DNA of 60,333 nucleotides, filler included. It is 9 parts of 9 records of this genome, joined end to end, with 100 filler letters (N's around TTAATTAATTAA, not from the genome) between each part and the next. Parts side by side here need not be neighbours in the genome. Positions count along the whole stretch, not along the records: positions 46,398 to 55,083 come from SRR31147125_68441; positions 55,184 to 60,333 come from SRR31147125_68461; 7 more parts are not named here. One strand, 5' to 3'. Position 1 is the stretch's first letter. Each line of letters starts with the position of its first letter. Below, piece by piece: positions 51,805 through 60,333 of this stretch. Made by a program: the position numbers and the translations under genes. The notes beneath the pieces are model-generated. The model made no database searches. It worked only from the letters and a program-made list of their open reading frames with translations, and was not told the origin of the DNA.

Positions 51805-51832
51805 GTGCTACGTTTTTGTAAAATCGTAACAC
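51805..51832. promoter_or_regulatory. NikR-type operator next to the nikR start
   Basis: GTGCTAC-N14-GTAACAC, 28-bp inverted repeat. Confidence 0.75.
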
Positions 51833-51969
51833 GAAAGTAGTAAAATAATACATGTGATAATGTGAAAATTGAAAAAATGTGATTTTTCTTAATAATGGAT
51901 AGCTACACGAGGATAGCTCTTCGCATCTCTACTCGTGCCCTGGCAATGGCGGATATCATCCTGTTCGAA

Positions 51970-52413
51970 CTATTTTTTCCAAATCAGTTTCTTGCCAAAT
52001 CCGAGTCGGTTATCAGTCATTTTAATGTGATTGAGATACAGAACCCACAACGAGGTATTCATTAATACAGCATAAGGAAATCTTTTCAGATAAGCCTTTT
52101 GGACTTTCTTTTCAAGGTCTTTCACGGGCCTTTCCATAATACCCCGAAATTGAATGCCTTGAATTTTACCAACTGTATTTGTTTCCAGTACCACGCTTCC
52201 TGCTACATTATTATTGGTTAAAACATCCTGAACGTGTTTGGTTTTATCATCAGAAGTAAATACCAAACAGTTTTCCTCTTCAAAGTAAATGTAAAAACAG
52301 TTGGAGCACCATGGATTGTTTTCAACAACTGTGGCAAGTGTAAGCACATGGTGTTTGTGAAAGAAATCAACAATTCGTTTTTCAGGTATATTCATATGAT
52401 TAATATTGCTCAC
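51970..52413 (-). CDS. YhbP/pyridoxamine-5'-phosphate-oxidase-like protein
   Basis: HHVLTLAT, PWCSNCFY, KIQGIQF, KMTDNRLGFGKKLIW. Confidence 0.85.
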   Translation of the reverse strand: MSNINHMNIPEKRIVDFFHKHHVLTLATVVENNPWCSNCFYIYFEEENCLVFTSDDKTKHVQDVLTNNNVAGSVVLETNTVGKIQGIQFRGIMERPVKDLEKKVQKAYLKRFPYAVLMNTSLWVLYLNHIKMTDNRLGFGKKLIWKK

Positions 52414-52547
52414 TTTAAAGGTATCGTACGGAATTTACATTTTTATTCATCAACTTTTGTTTTTTGAATAAACATGCTCGTTTCATTTGATAAAAAATTG
52501 GTTGGCTAAAATACTGTATCTTTAGTGAAAACAAAAACATTGATGAA

Positions 52548-52952
52548 ATGGCAACAATAAAAACAATTTATTTGGGCAGTTTACGTACCGAGAACGAACA
52601 TTTACAATCGGGAAATAAAGTAATTACCGATGCCCCAACCGATAACCAGGGAAAAGGTGAATATTTTTCGCCAACCGATTTGCTGGCAACTTCGCTGGGA
52701 AGCTGTATAATGACAATTATGGGCATTAAGGCACGCGACAACGGCATTGACATTGAAGGAACAGAGATTGAAGTAACAAAAATTATGGCATCCGAACCAC
52801 GACGTGTAGCCGAGGTAGTTGTCGAATTTACTTTTCCGAAAAAGGGATATACCGAAGAAGAAAAGCACCTGGTAGAAAGTGTTGCAGGAACCAGTCCTGT
52901 TCCTTTGAGTTTGCACCCCGATTTAAAACAAACTATAAAATTTAACTGGTAA
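52548..52952 (+). CDS. OsmC family protein
   Basis: TDAPTDNQGKGEYFSPTDLLATSLGSC. Confidence 0.9.
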   Translation: MATIKTIYLGSLRTENEHLQSGNKVITDAPTDNQGKGEYFSPTDLLATSLGSCIMTIMGIKARDNGIDIEGTEIEVTKIMASEPRRVAEVVVEFTFPKKGYTEEEKHLVESVAGTSPVPLSLHPDLKQTIKFNW

Positions 52953-53030
52953 CCGCTGGAGAATAGTGAAAACCTGTTGGCAAAGCCTTTTTCTTTTTTG
53001 TAACTTGTATTTAAATATAACTTTTTAAAT

Positions 53031-53419
53031 ATGAGTAAAATAGTACTACTTTCCTTGTTGGTTGCATTTATGCTTGCATCTTGTGGAAATAAAAAACAAA
53101 AAAACGAATCGGCAACAGAACCGGCGATTGAAAAAAAGGAAGCATAACAGAATCGGATGAAGCTAAGAACTGCGACGAGTTTATTGACCAGTATGAAAAA
53201 TGGATGGATGATTACCTGGAGCTTATGGAAGGCTACATGAAAAATCCAATGGATCAGAAACTGGCTGAAAAGTATATGAACGTAGCGCAGGAAGCCTTGA
53301 ACTGGTACGAACAATGGGGAAAACTTGGAGTTTGTGCTTCAAAAGAAAAATACCAAAAACGCTTTGAAAAAATTTCGGAGAAGGCTGATAAGAAAATGAA
53401 GGAATTGGGTCTAGAGTAG
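53031..53419 (+). CDS. Hypothetical lipoprotein, frameshift at A-run ~53135
   Basis: MSKIVLLSLLVAFMLASC lipobox; one added A continues into NCDEFIDQYEKWMDDY. Confidence 0.7.
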
Positions 53420-53438
53420 TTTTATCACTCTTGACAAC

Positions 53439-53472
53439 AAAAAAAACAGGAACCAAACGGCTCCTGTTTTTT
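53439..53472. terminator. Bidirectional terminator between convergent genes
   Basis: A-run, CAGGA.CC...GG.TCCTG, T-run. Confidence 0.7.
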
Positions 53473-53489
53473 ACATATTGGGTAGAATT

Positions 53490-54467
53490 TTATTTTTCCA
53501 ATTCTTTCCAAACCAAAGCGCTGGCACCAACAATTGCAGCGTCGCCCGCTTTTAGTTCCGAAGGAAGAATTTTAATTTTGTCTTTAAAGATAGGAAGCAG
53601 GTGTTTCTCCATACTTTCTTTGGTAGGCTTAAAAATGTAGTCGCCTGCAGCAGTTGGTCCTCCGAAAAGGAAAACAGCTTCCGGGCTTAAGTGGTGAACA
53701 GTATCGGCCAAACCTTGTCCGAGCCATTCGCCGGTTTTTTCAAATACTTCCAGTGCAACTTTATCGCCTTTTTCAGCAGCGTCGTAAATCATTTTCGAGT
53801 CGAGTTCGTTAAACGATTTGTCGGCCAGTAAACTGTCGGTTGCATTATATTGAACCATTAATTCGAATGCTGTACGTTTCATACCCGGAGCCGAGCAGTA
53901 AGCTTCTAAGTGACCAAGTGCAGTACATCCACACAAACGGCCGCCAGGAATAAGAGTAGTGTGACCACACTCTCCGGCAAATCCATCGTGACCATAAACC
54001 AGATCGCCATTTACTACAATACCACTTCCAACACCAGTTCCTAAAGTGTACATCACAAAGTTTTTCATTCCTTTTGCGCCACCATAAATCATTTCTCCAA
54101 TGGCTGCTGCATTTGCATCGTTGGTAAGAGCCAATGCTTCCATTTGTGGGAAATGTGCACGAAGCAATTCAACCAAATGAACAACTCCCTGAAATGAAAG
54201 GTTAGGAGCATATTCAATTGTTCCGCTATAGTAATTTCCGTTTGGAGCACCAATTCCAATACCCAGAACTTCTGAATTTTCGTTAAGTAATTTAACCGAT
54301 TTTACTAGCTCTTTAATGGCTGTGGCAAGATCAGAAATATAACGATCAATATCGCCATGAGAAGGAGTGGCAATGTTATCTTTTACCATTACATTTCCTT
54401 CGGCATCAACAACGCCTATTGCGGTATTCGTTCCGCCAATATCCACACCAATTGCAACTTTCTTCAT
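53490..54467 (-). CDS. ROK-family sugar kinase (glucokinase-like)
   Basis: GVDIGGT, NDANAAAIGE, TLGTGVGSG, GECGH, CGC. Confidence 0.93.
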   Translation of the reverse strand: MKKVAIGVDIGGTNTAIGVVDAEGNVMVKDNIATPSHGDIDRYISDLATAIKELVKSVKLLNENSEVLGIGIGAPNGNYYSGTIEYAPNLSFQGVVHLVELLRAHFPQMEALALTNDANAAAIGEMIYGGAKGMKNFVMYTLGTGVGSGIVVNGDLVYGHDGFAGECGHTTLIPGGRLCGCTALGHLEAYCSAPGMKRTAFELMVQYNATDSLLADKSFNELDSKMIYDAAEKGDKVALEVFEKTGEWLGQGLADTVHHLSPEAVFLFGGPTAAGDYIFKPTKESMEKHLLPIFKDKIKILPSELKAGDAAIVGASALVWKELEK

Positions 54468-54679
54468 TGTATATTGTTAATTTAATTTAGATTTTAAGTA
54501 TTAAATCTGTAGCTCAACAAAATTAGAAATATTATGCAATTCTGTCTGTCAAAATCACAATAATCAATACTTTTATTACTAATTAAACAGCAGATTAACT
54601 TTTTTTAAGAGCTTTGTTTGAATATTGACCGTATTAAAATTTAAAGTGGGGAGAAAAACTACTTTTATGTATATTAATA

Positions 54680-54937
54680 ATGAATAAGTTAAGTAAAGTA
54701 TTGCGGCGTTTTTTAGGCTGGATATTGCTAGTTCCAATTTACATTTATAAGTATGGAATTTCTCCATTAACTCCGGCCTCGTGCAGGCATGTTCCTACTT
54801 GTTCAGAATATGCTGTTCAGTCCATTAAAATTCACGGTCCGTTTAAAGGATTTATTTTAACCGTTAAACGAATATCGAAATGTCATCCCTGGGGAACACA
54901 TGGTTACGATCCTGTACCGCCCAAAAATGACAAATAA
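54680..54937 (+). CDS. yidD: Membrane protein insertion efficiency factor
   Basis: ISPL..SCRHVPTCSEY...RISKCHPWG..GYDPVP. Confidence 0.93.
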   Translation: MNKLSKVLRRFLGWILLVPIYIYKYGISPLTPASCRHVPTCSEYAVQSIKIHGPFKGFILTVKRISKCHPWGTHGYDPVPPKNDK

Positions 54938-55018
54938 GAGGAAGCAGATTTAATTATTAGAAAACATAAAACTAAATTTGTGTTATCTTGTTTTAATGAA
55001 CAATCAATATAAAGTTTC

Positions 55019-55083
55019 ATGAAAAGAATTATTGTTTTTACCGTCGCAGCATTGTTTTTTGTGTCGTGCGCGCCAAAGAAAAA
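55019..55083 (+). CDS. Lipoprotein signal peptide (truncated gene)
   Basis: MKRIIVFTVAALFFVSC. Confidence 0.55.
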
Positions 55084-55183
55084 NNNNNNNNNNNNNNNNN
55101 NNNNNNNNNNNNNNNNNNNNNNNNNNNTTAATTAATTAANNNNNNNNNNNNNNNNNNNNNNNNNNNNNNNNNNNNNNNNNNNN
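55084..55183. other. Artificial contig linker
   Basis: N-run, TTAATTAATTAA, N-run. Confidence 0.99.
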
Positions 55184-55194
55184 GGGGCGGCATC

Positions 55195-56064
55195 ATGAAA
55201 CAGCTTTTAATTCTTAGCGGTAAGGGCGGCACGGGAAAAACCACTGTGGCCAGTGCGTTTATTGAGCTGAGCAAAGTACAGGCCTTCGCCGATTGCGATG
55301 TTGACGCACCTAATCTTCATCTTGTTATATCACAATTATCTGAACCGGCAAAAACGGATTATTACGGCTTTGGAAAAGCAGTAATTGATCAGGAAAAGTG
55401 TATCCGTTGCGGCTTGTGTGAAGAAAACTGCAATTTTGGGGCGATAAAGGACTTTTCTATAGGTGAATTTGAGTGCGAGGGCTGCGGCGTCTGTGTAGAA
55501 ATCTGTCCCGTACAGGCGATTACAATGCAGGACCATGTGTCCGGAGATATGATGCTTTATAAAAATGATGGAAGAGTGTTTTCGACGGCGCAGCTCAAAA
55601 TGGGCAGCGGAGCTTCTGGAAAGCTGGTTACAGCTGTCAAGCAGCAGCTGACGCAGGAAGCGCCCGACTCCGAGCTGGCCATTATAGACGGGTCGCCTGG
55701 GATCGGCTGTCCTGTCATTGCGTCGATCAGCGGTGTGGATTTTGTGCTAATTGTAGCTGAGCCAACCATATCCGGCATGCACGACATGAAGCGAATCATT
55801 GAAACCTCGAAGCACTTTGGCGTTAACTGCGCTGTATGTATCAACAAATTTGACGTGAATGAAGATACAGCAAACGAGATTGAAAGCTATTGTAATGGTT
55901 TATCCGTTCCGGTAATTGGTAGAATCCCATATGACGGAACAGTTGTAATAGCGGTAAACAATTGTCAGAGCATCGCCACTTATCCGGAGAGTCCGGCTGG
56001 CAAGGCAATAAAGGCGATATGGGACAAGATTTACAATGATCATTTACGGGATGGTATTGGCTGA
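55195..56064 (+). CDS. MinD/ParA-like P-loop ATPase with inserted 2x[4Fe-4S] ferredoxin
   Basis: SGKGGTGKTT, DCDVDAPNL, CIRCGLC, CEGCGVC, DGSPGIGCP. Confidence 0.92.
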   Translation: MKQLLILSGKGGTGKTTVASAFIELSKVQAFADCDVDAPNLHLVISQLSEPAKTDYYGFGKAVIDQEKCIRCGLCEENCNFGAIKDFSIGEFECEGCGVCVEICPVQAITMQDHVSGDMMLYKNDGRVFSTAQLKMGSGASGKLVTAVKQQLTQEAPDSELAIIDGSPGIGCPVIASISGVDFVLIVAEPTISGMHDMKRIIETSKHFGVNCAVCINKFDVNEDTANEIESYCNGLSVPVIGRIPYDGTVVIAVNNCQSIATYPESPAGKAIKAIWDKIYNDHLRDGIG

Positions 56065-56501
56065 TGCGGACAGAAACCAGATTCACGGCAAGATATGCCG
56101 AAACGGACCAGATGGGAATCGTTCATCATTCTAACTATACGGTGTGGTTTGAAGCCGGGCGTACGGACTTTCTGAAAAACGCCGGCGTTTCTAACAGCAG
56201 TATTGAAGCGAAAGGTGTTTTACTCCCCCTTTATGAAATGAGCTGTAAATATAAAAGCCCGGCAAGATATGAGGATGAGATTCTGGTTATTACCTGCCTG
56301 AAAAGCATTTCCCGAGTGCGGATCTGTTTTTCATGTCAAGTGTTTAATGCGGAAACCAATCAGCTTTTGGCTGTTGGAGAAACTAAGCACGCATGGACGG
56401 ACAAGCTGCTAAAACCGGTTAATGCGGAACGCGCCATCCACGAGGTTTATTTGATTCTAAATAAAATTTATGATAATTCTAAAGGAGAAAATTGTTTATG
56501 A
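56064..56501 (+). CDS. YbgC/4HBT-family acyl-CoA thioesterase
   Basis: RYAETDQMGIVHHSNY.VWFEAGR. Confidence 0.9.
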   Translation: MRTETRFTARYAETDQMGIVHHSNYTVWFEAGRTDFLKNAGVSNSSIEAKGVLLPLYEMSCKYKSPARYEDEILVITCLKSISRVRICFSCQVFNAETNQLLAVGETKHAWTDKLLKPVNAERAIHEVYLILNKIYDNSKGENCL

Positions 56502-56839
56502 AAATCGCTGTTGCATGTGAAGGGAAAACTATAACCGAGCATTTCGGTCATTGTGAGACATTTGCTATTTTTGAAGCGCAGGGTACGCAAATTGCAAGCA
56601 AGCAGTTTGTTCCCAATCCCGGGCATAGGCCAGGCTTCCTGCCCGTTTTCCTTCATGAAAAGGGTGTAAATGTAATTATTTCCGGTGGCATGGGCGGAGG
56701 CGCTGTTGATATTTTTAACGAAAAAGGAATTGAGGTTATCACCGGAGCGTCCGGCGATGCGGAAACAGCGGCCAACAACTATCTGCAAGGTAAACTAAAA
56801 TCAACGGGTTCTGTTTGCCATCAGCATTCTCATGAATGA
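56498..56839 (+). CDS. NifB/NifX-family Fe-Mo cluster-binding domain protein
   Basis: MKIAV...HFGHCE...GGMG...C-terminal CHQHSHE. Confidence 0.9.
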   Translation: MKIAVACEGKTITEHFGHCETFAIFEAQGTQIASKQFVPNPGHRPGFLPVFLHEKGVNVIISGGMGGGAVDIFNEKGIEVITGASGDAETAANNYLQGKLKSTGSVCHQHSHE

Positions 56840-56939
56840 AAATAAATTGTATCTGAAATGAGAACAAGCAAGCTCTGGAGTAGGTTGATTTCAGGGCTTG
56901 CTTGTTCTTGTTAAGGTCTTGAGGGGCGTCAGAAATAAT

Positions 56940-58100
56940 ATGGAAGAAAATACTGTAAGGTTGGAATACCAAGGAAAAGAAATACTCCTGGTTGCAACCG
57001 CACATGTATTGAAGCAAAGCGCCGACCTTATAAAGAGGGTGACCGATGAAGAACAGCCTGACAGTATTTGCGTCGAGCTTGATGAAGCACGATATCAAAA
57101 CATACAAAATCCGAAAGCATGGGAAAATACAGATATTATTCAGATTATAAAAACAAAAAAAGTAGGGTTTTTATTAGCTAACCTCATGTTAGGTTCCTAT
57201 CAGAAAAAAATCGCGAAGAATTTGGATACTGTGGCCGGTCAGGAAATGCTCCAGGGCATAAACAGCGCAAAAGAAATAGGCGCACAGCTTGTTTTGGCAG
57301 ATCGTAATATTCAAACCACTTTTCTTCGTATTTGGCGCGGATTAAATCTTTGGGAAAAGTGCAAGCTGGTTTTCAGCCTACTGTTTTCTTTTGGCGATGA
57401 CAAAGAAATATCAAACGAGGATGTTAGCGAACTCCTAAAGACAGATGTCTTAGAATCAGTTACTCTCGAAATGCGCAAGCAATTTCCTAAAATCGCTGAA
57501 ATTTTAATCAGCGAACGAGATCAATATTTGGCCTACAAGATTAAAGAGGCTTCAGGGAATAAGATCGTAGCCGTATTGGGTGGCGCGCACGTTCCTGGCG
57601 TTAAGGAAGAAATATTTAAAACACAGGATATCAATAAGCTATCAGAAGTGCCACCCAAAAGCCCAATTTCCCGGATCATCGGTTGGGCAATTCCAATAGT
57701 CATTGTGGGGTTGATTGTTTATAGTTTTGTTATGAACATCTCAACCGGCATACACCAATTATCAGCATGGGTTCTTTGGACCGGAGTGCTAGCAGCCTTG
57801 TTTACCGCCTTATCCTTTGGACACCCCTTAAGTATTCTGACTTCGTTAGTTGCGGCTCCGTTCACAACATTAAATCCGCTGATTGCCTGTGGCTGGGTGA
57901 CCGGTCTTGTCGAAGCAACAATAAGGAAGCCTGTTGTGCAGGATATCAACAATATTTCCAAAGATATTTTCACAATAAAAGGCTTCTTCAAAAATCGATT
58001 TCTTAAGGTCTTATTGATCGTGATAATGGCCAATATTGGGAGTTCCATTGGCTCCCTCGTTGCAGGATTGGATATCGTCAAAACCCTATTTCGATTATAG
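56940..58100 (+). CDS. TraB/PrgY family protein with C-terminal membrane domain
   Basis: TAHV, CVELD..R, GQEM, ADR, ERD, VLGGAH, ANIGS. Confidence 0.9.
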   Translation: MEENTVRLEYQGKEILLVATAHVLKQSADLIKRVTDEEQPDSICVELDEARYQNIQNPKAWENTDIIQIIKTKKVGFLLANLMLGSYQKKIAKNLDTVAGQEMLQGINSAKEIGAQLVLADRNIQTTFLRIWRGLNLWEKCKLVFSLLFSFGDDKEISNEDVSELLKTDVLESVTLEMRKQFPKIAEILISERDQYLAYKIKEASGNKIVAVLGGAHVPGVKEEIFKTQDINKLSEVPPKSPISRIIGWAIPIVIVGLIVYSFVMNISTGIHQLSAWVLWTGVLAALFTALSFGHPLSILTSLVAAPFTTLNPLIACGWVTGLVEATIRKPVVQDINNISKDIFTIKGFFKNRFLKVLLIVIMANIGSSIGSLVAGLDIVKTLFRL

Positions 58101-58143
58101 TTAGAGGCAGTAATCTAAGAGCCATTTCATAAGGAGGAAGAAA

Positions 58144-58866
58144 ATGCCGGTGGGAACATTTACGTGGGTCTCAATTTTTGCAATAGGCGCAATGATCGTA
58201 AACAGCATTGGGATCTGGTTTGTTTACAAGAATATCTCATGGGCGGAAAAAAACAAGGAGTTCTTCATTTGTTTTGCCGCCGGCGTTTTAATCACTACTC
58301 CTTTGTTAATTGCATTTCCCCAGGCCATCGGGAAAAACCCTAATTCCGGAATTGCAGCGTTAATGGGTTTTGTTTTTATGTTTTTCAGTAATAAGTTCAT
58401 ACAATATAAGACAAGCAAAGCATCGTTAGCCTTTGGAATTACTGCTCTGGAAGGGATAGGAATACATTCGTTTATAGATGGGATCATTTATTCTGTGACA
58501 TTCAATGTGAGTACATATACCGGATTGCTTGCAGGAATTGGACTGGTTGTACACGAATTTGCCGAAGGTGTGATAACTTTTTCCTTTTTGAGTAAAAGCG
58601 GGTTAAGCAAAAAGCGAGCTGGGATATTTGCTTTTCTTGTTGCGGCTTTGACAACCCCTGTTGGCGCTTTTGTAGCTTATCCTTTTGTAAGCAAAATGAA
58701 CGAGTCGCTTTTGGGACTTGCATTGGGTTTTGTCGTTGGGGTTTTGATATATCTTTCAGCGTCTCATCTTCTGCCTGAAGTACGCGAACATGAGAAGAAA
58801 CATGCGTATTGGGCTTTCCTGGCCGGTATTTTATTGGGCTTTCTCATATATGCAAGTAAAAAATAG
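58144..58866 (+). CDS. ZIP-family metal transporter
   Basis: HSFIDG and HEFAEG TM motifs, LLPE. Confidence 0.88.
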   Translation: MPVGTFTWVSIFAIGAMIVNSIGIWFVYKNISWAEKNKEFFICFAAGVLITTPLLIAFPQAIGKNPNSGIAALMGFVFMFFSNKFIQYKTSKASLAFGITALEGIGIHSFIDGIIYSVTFNVSTYTGLLAGIGLVVHEFAEGVITFSFLSKSGLSKKRAGIFAFLVAALTTPVGAFVAYPFVSKMNESLLGLALGFVVGVLIYLSASHLLPEVREHEKKHAYWAFLAGILLGFLIYASKK

Positions 58867-58885
58867 AAACAAGAGGTCATTGAAA

Positions 58886-60067
58886 ATGGGTAAATTATTC
58901 ACATCAGAGTCTGTCACAGAAGGTCATCCTGATAAAATTGCGGATCAAATATCGGATGCAATTTTAGATGCTATCATTAAGGAGGATCCTTACGCCAGAG
59001 TTGCTGCAGAAACAACTGTCGCGACAGGACTTGCACTTGTTGTTGGTGAGATCACGACAAAGGCATTCGTTAATATTCCGGAAGTTGTCAGACAGACAAT
59101 CCGGGAGATTGGCTATACATCACAGGTGGGGGGCTACGATGCTGATAGCATCGCAGTTTTAACAGCTATTGATGAGCAGTCGGCTGATATTGCTCTCGGC
59201 GTCGATAGAGCATTAGAAACAAAAAAAAGTGAAGTAGAAGCGGATTACGGAGCTGGGGCCGGCGATCAGGGTATGGTATTTGGTTATGCTACAAATGAGA
59301 CGCCGGAATACATGCCAACAGCCATTACATATGCACAACGTTTATCTAGGCAGTTAACCGATGTGCGTAAAAATGGAACATTAGATTATCTGAGACCTGA
59401 TGGAAAAACACAAGTTACCATAGAACTAGATGAGAACGGTAATGTTTATAGAATTGACACTATTGTTATATCAGCACAACATAGTCCCGATGTAACGCAG
59501 GAACAAATCCGAGACGACCTCATTTGTCATGTAATTATCCCTGTAATTCCAAGTCGATTAGTTGATAATAAAACAAAATACTATATAAATCCAACGGGAC
59601 GATTTGTAATCGGTGGCCCGTTGGGTGATTCAGGACTCACTGGTCGAAAAATCATCGTTGATACATATGGCGGGAGTGCTCGTCACGGTGGCGGCGCGTT
59701 TTCGGGCAAAGACCCAACAAAAGTAGACCGTTCTGCTGCGTATGCTGCTAGATGGGTAGCCAAGAATCTTGTTGCAGCAAGTGTGGCCGATAAGCTTGAA
59801 ATAGAGATATCATATGCTATTGGCGTTGCAAAGCCTGTATCAATCTCTGTTGATACGTATGGTACCGGGAAGATTAAGGATAGCAAGATAATTGAGATCA
59901 TAGAGAACGTTTTTGATCTTAGACCATCAGCAATTATAGATACTCTTAATCTAAGAAGGCCCATCTATCGCAAAACTGCTGCATATGGGCATTTTGGCAG
60001 GACAGATATAAATCTACCGTGGGAGAATCTAGACAGAGTTAAGGAAATCTCCGCATATCTGATATAA
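58886..60067 (+). CDS. metK: S-adenosylmethionine synthetase
   Basis: [41 protein letters not shown]. Confidence 0.97.
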   Translation: MGKLFTSESVTEGHPDKIADQISDAILDAIIKEDPYARVAAETTVATGLALVVGEITTKAFVNIPEVVRQTIREIGYTSQVGGYDADSIAVLTAIDEQSADIALGVDRALETKKSEVEADYGAGAGDQGMVFGYATNETPEYMPTAITYAQRLSRQLTDVRKNGTLDYLRPDGKTQVTIELDENGNVYRIDTIVISAQHSPDVTQEQIRDDLICHVIIPVIPSRLVDNKTKYYINPTGRFVIGGPLGDSGLTGRKIIVDTYGGSARHGGGAFSGKDPTKVDRSAAYAARWVAKNLVAASVADKLEIEISYAIGVAKPVSISVDTYGTGKIKDSKIIEIIENVFDLRPSAIIDTLNLRRPIYRKTAAYGHFGRTDINLPWENLDRVKEISAYLI

Positions 60068-60185
60068 TACTGCATACAAACAAAATCATTTAAGAATAAC
60101 AGAATATTTCCCTCTTCTCTTTTGAAGATCATTCAAGTGTACCACAATTTGTCATTGAGACCGTCTTTTAATAAAACTACATACT

Positions 60186-60223
60186 TACAAGCCCTTCTTG
60201 GCATCAGCCAGAAAGGGCTTGTA
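60186..60223. terminator. Strong stem-loop downstream of metK and upstream of the next RBS
   Basis: TACAAGCCCTT...AAGGGCTTGTA 11-bp stem with inner TGGC/GCCA; no U-tract. Confidence 0.5.
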
Positions 60224-60250
60224 TATGGAAAAAGAAAGGAGCGTACAAAC

Positions 60251-60333
60251 ATGGAAGACTGCAAATTGATCGCCATGCCGGGTAGTGTCAATAATATTTT
60301 ACCCGGTCCAGTTCGAGTACCTCCGATTGGGGG
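60251..60333 (+). CDS. Truncated ORF, possibly class-V aminotransferase N-terminus
   Basis: AAAGGAG SD; ILPGPVRVP resembles the PGPxxVP motif. Confidence 0.4.
   Translation, partial: MEDCKLIAMPGSVNNILPGPVRVPPIG

Noticed and set aside
51895-51965. Hairpin CACGAG...CTCGTG upstream of nikR as a NiCo riboswitch
   Set aside because: It lacks the four-way junction and conserved NiCo motifs; probably a 3' stem of the upstream gene.
2060-53140. About ten split genes read as programmed frameshifts or pseudogenes (methyltransferase, sufB, oppA, dacB, slt, DUF4347, rsmG, TPR-SPOR, TBDR, lipoprotein)
   Set aside because: Nearly all are repaired by one base in a homopolymer, and they occur in unrelated organisms. 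This is the signature of sequencing error.
6712-55183. Recurrent TTAATTAATTAA motif within N-runs; any system spanning contigs (for example two peptide ABC operons in tandem, two TBDR metal modules)
   Set aside because: These are artificial linkers. Composition and gene content change at each one, so adjacency across them means nothing.
60070-60250. preQ1 or SAM riboswitch after metK
   Set aside because: There is an AATAAAACTA tail but no preQ1 stem-loop, and no S-box core.

Overview
This window is not one locus. It is nine unrelated contigs joined by eight 100-bp artificial linkers (N runs around TTAATTAATTAA). Taxon labels below are inferred from gene content and base composition. (1) 1-6711, low-GC Clostridia-like: membrane protein, MATE remnant, methyltransferase behind a ~215-nt structured leader, EFR1 flavodoxin-ferredoxin, TetR, and a minimal SufCB (SMS-type) Fe-S operon with an IscR-like box. 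(2) 6812-12908: Opp ABC transporter and M24 peptidase. (3) 13009-20093, delta-proteobacterium-like: Dpp ABC, DacB, LysM lytic transglycosylase, ComEC end. (4) 20194-27497 and (5) 27598-34177, Desulfobacteraceae-like: TonB receptor plus secreted FmdE protein, DUF4347 giant protein; ileS, DUF2339, rsmG, NupC, TPR-SPOR. (6) 34278-40421, Clostridia-like: SLH protein, orphan glycyl radical enzyme, MBL hydrolase, rubrerythrin-VIT1, MFS. (7) 40522-46297, spirochaete-like: sugar isomerase, LacI, two-component pair. (8) 46398-55083, Bacteroidota: gldM-gldN-gldK-like, TonB receptor, NikR-like, OsmC, ROK, YidD. (9) 55184-60333, Clostridia-like: MinD-ferredoxin ATPase, thioesterase, NifB/NifX, TraB, ZIP, metK. 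About ten genes are split by single-base indels, mostly in homopolymers, which points to sequencing error. The best candidates for new biology are: a NikR homologue that has lost all four nickel ligands but keeps NikR-type operators in front of itself and a TonB receptor; a long G-U-rich RNA rod/attenuator that hides the RBS of an uncharacterised methyltransferase; an orphan glycyl radical enzyme of unassigned subtype; an attenuator-preceded FmdE-TonB uptake module; and a response regulator with no canonical start codon, in frame with its kinase across one TAG. No CRISPR, rRNA, tRNA or transposase was seen.
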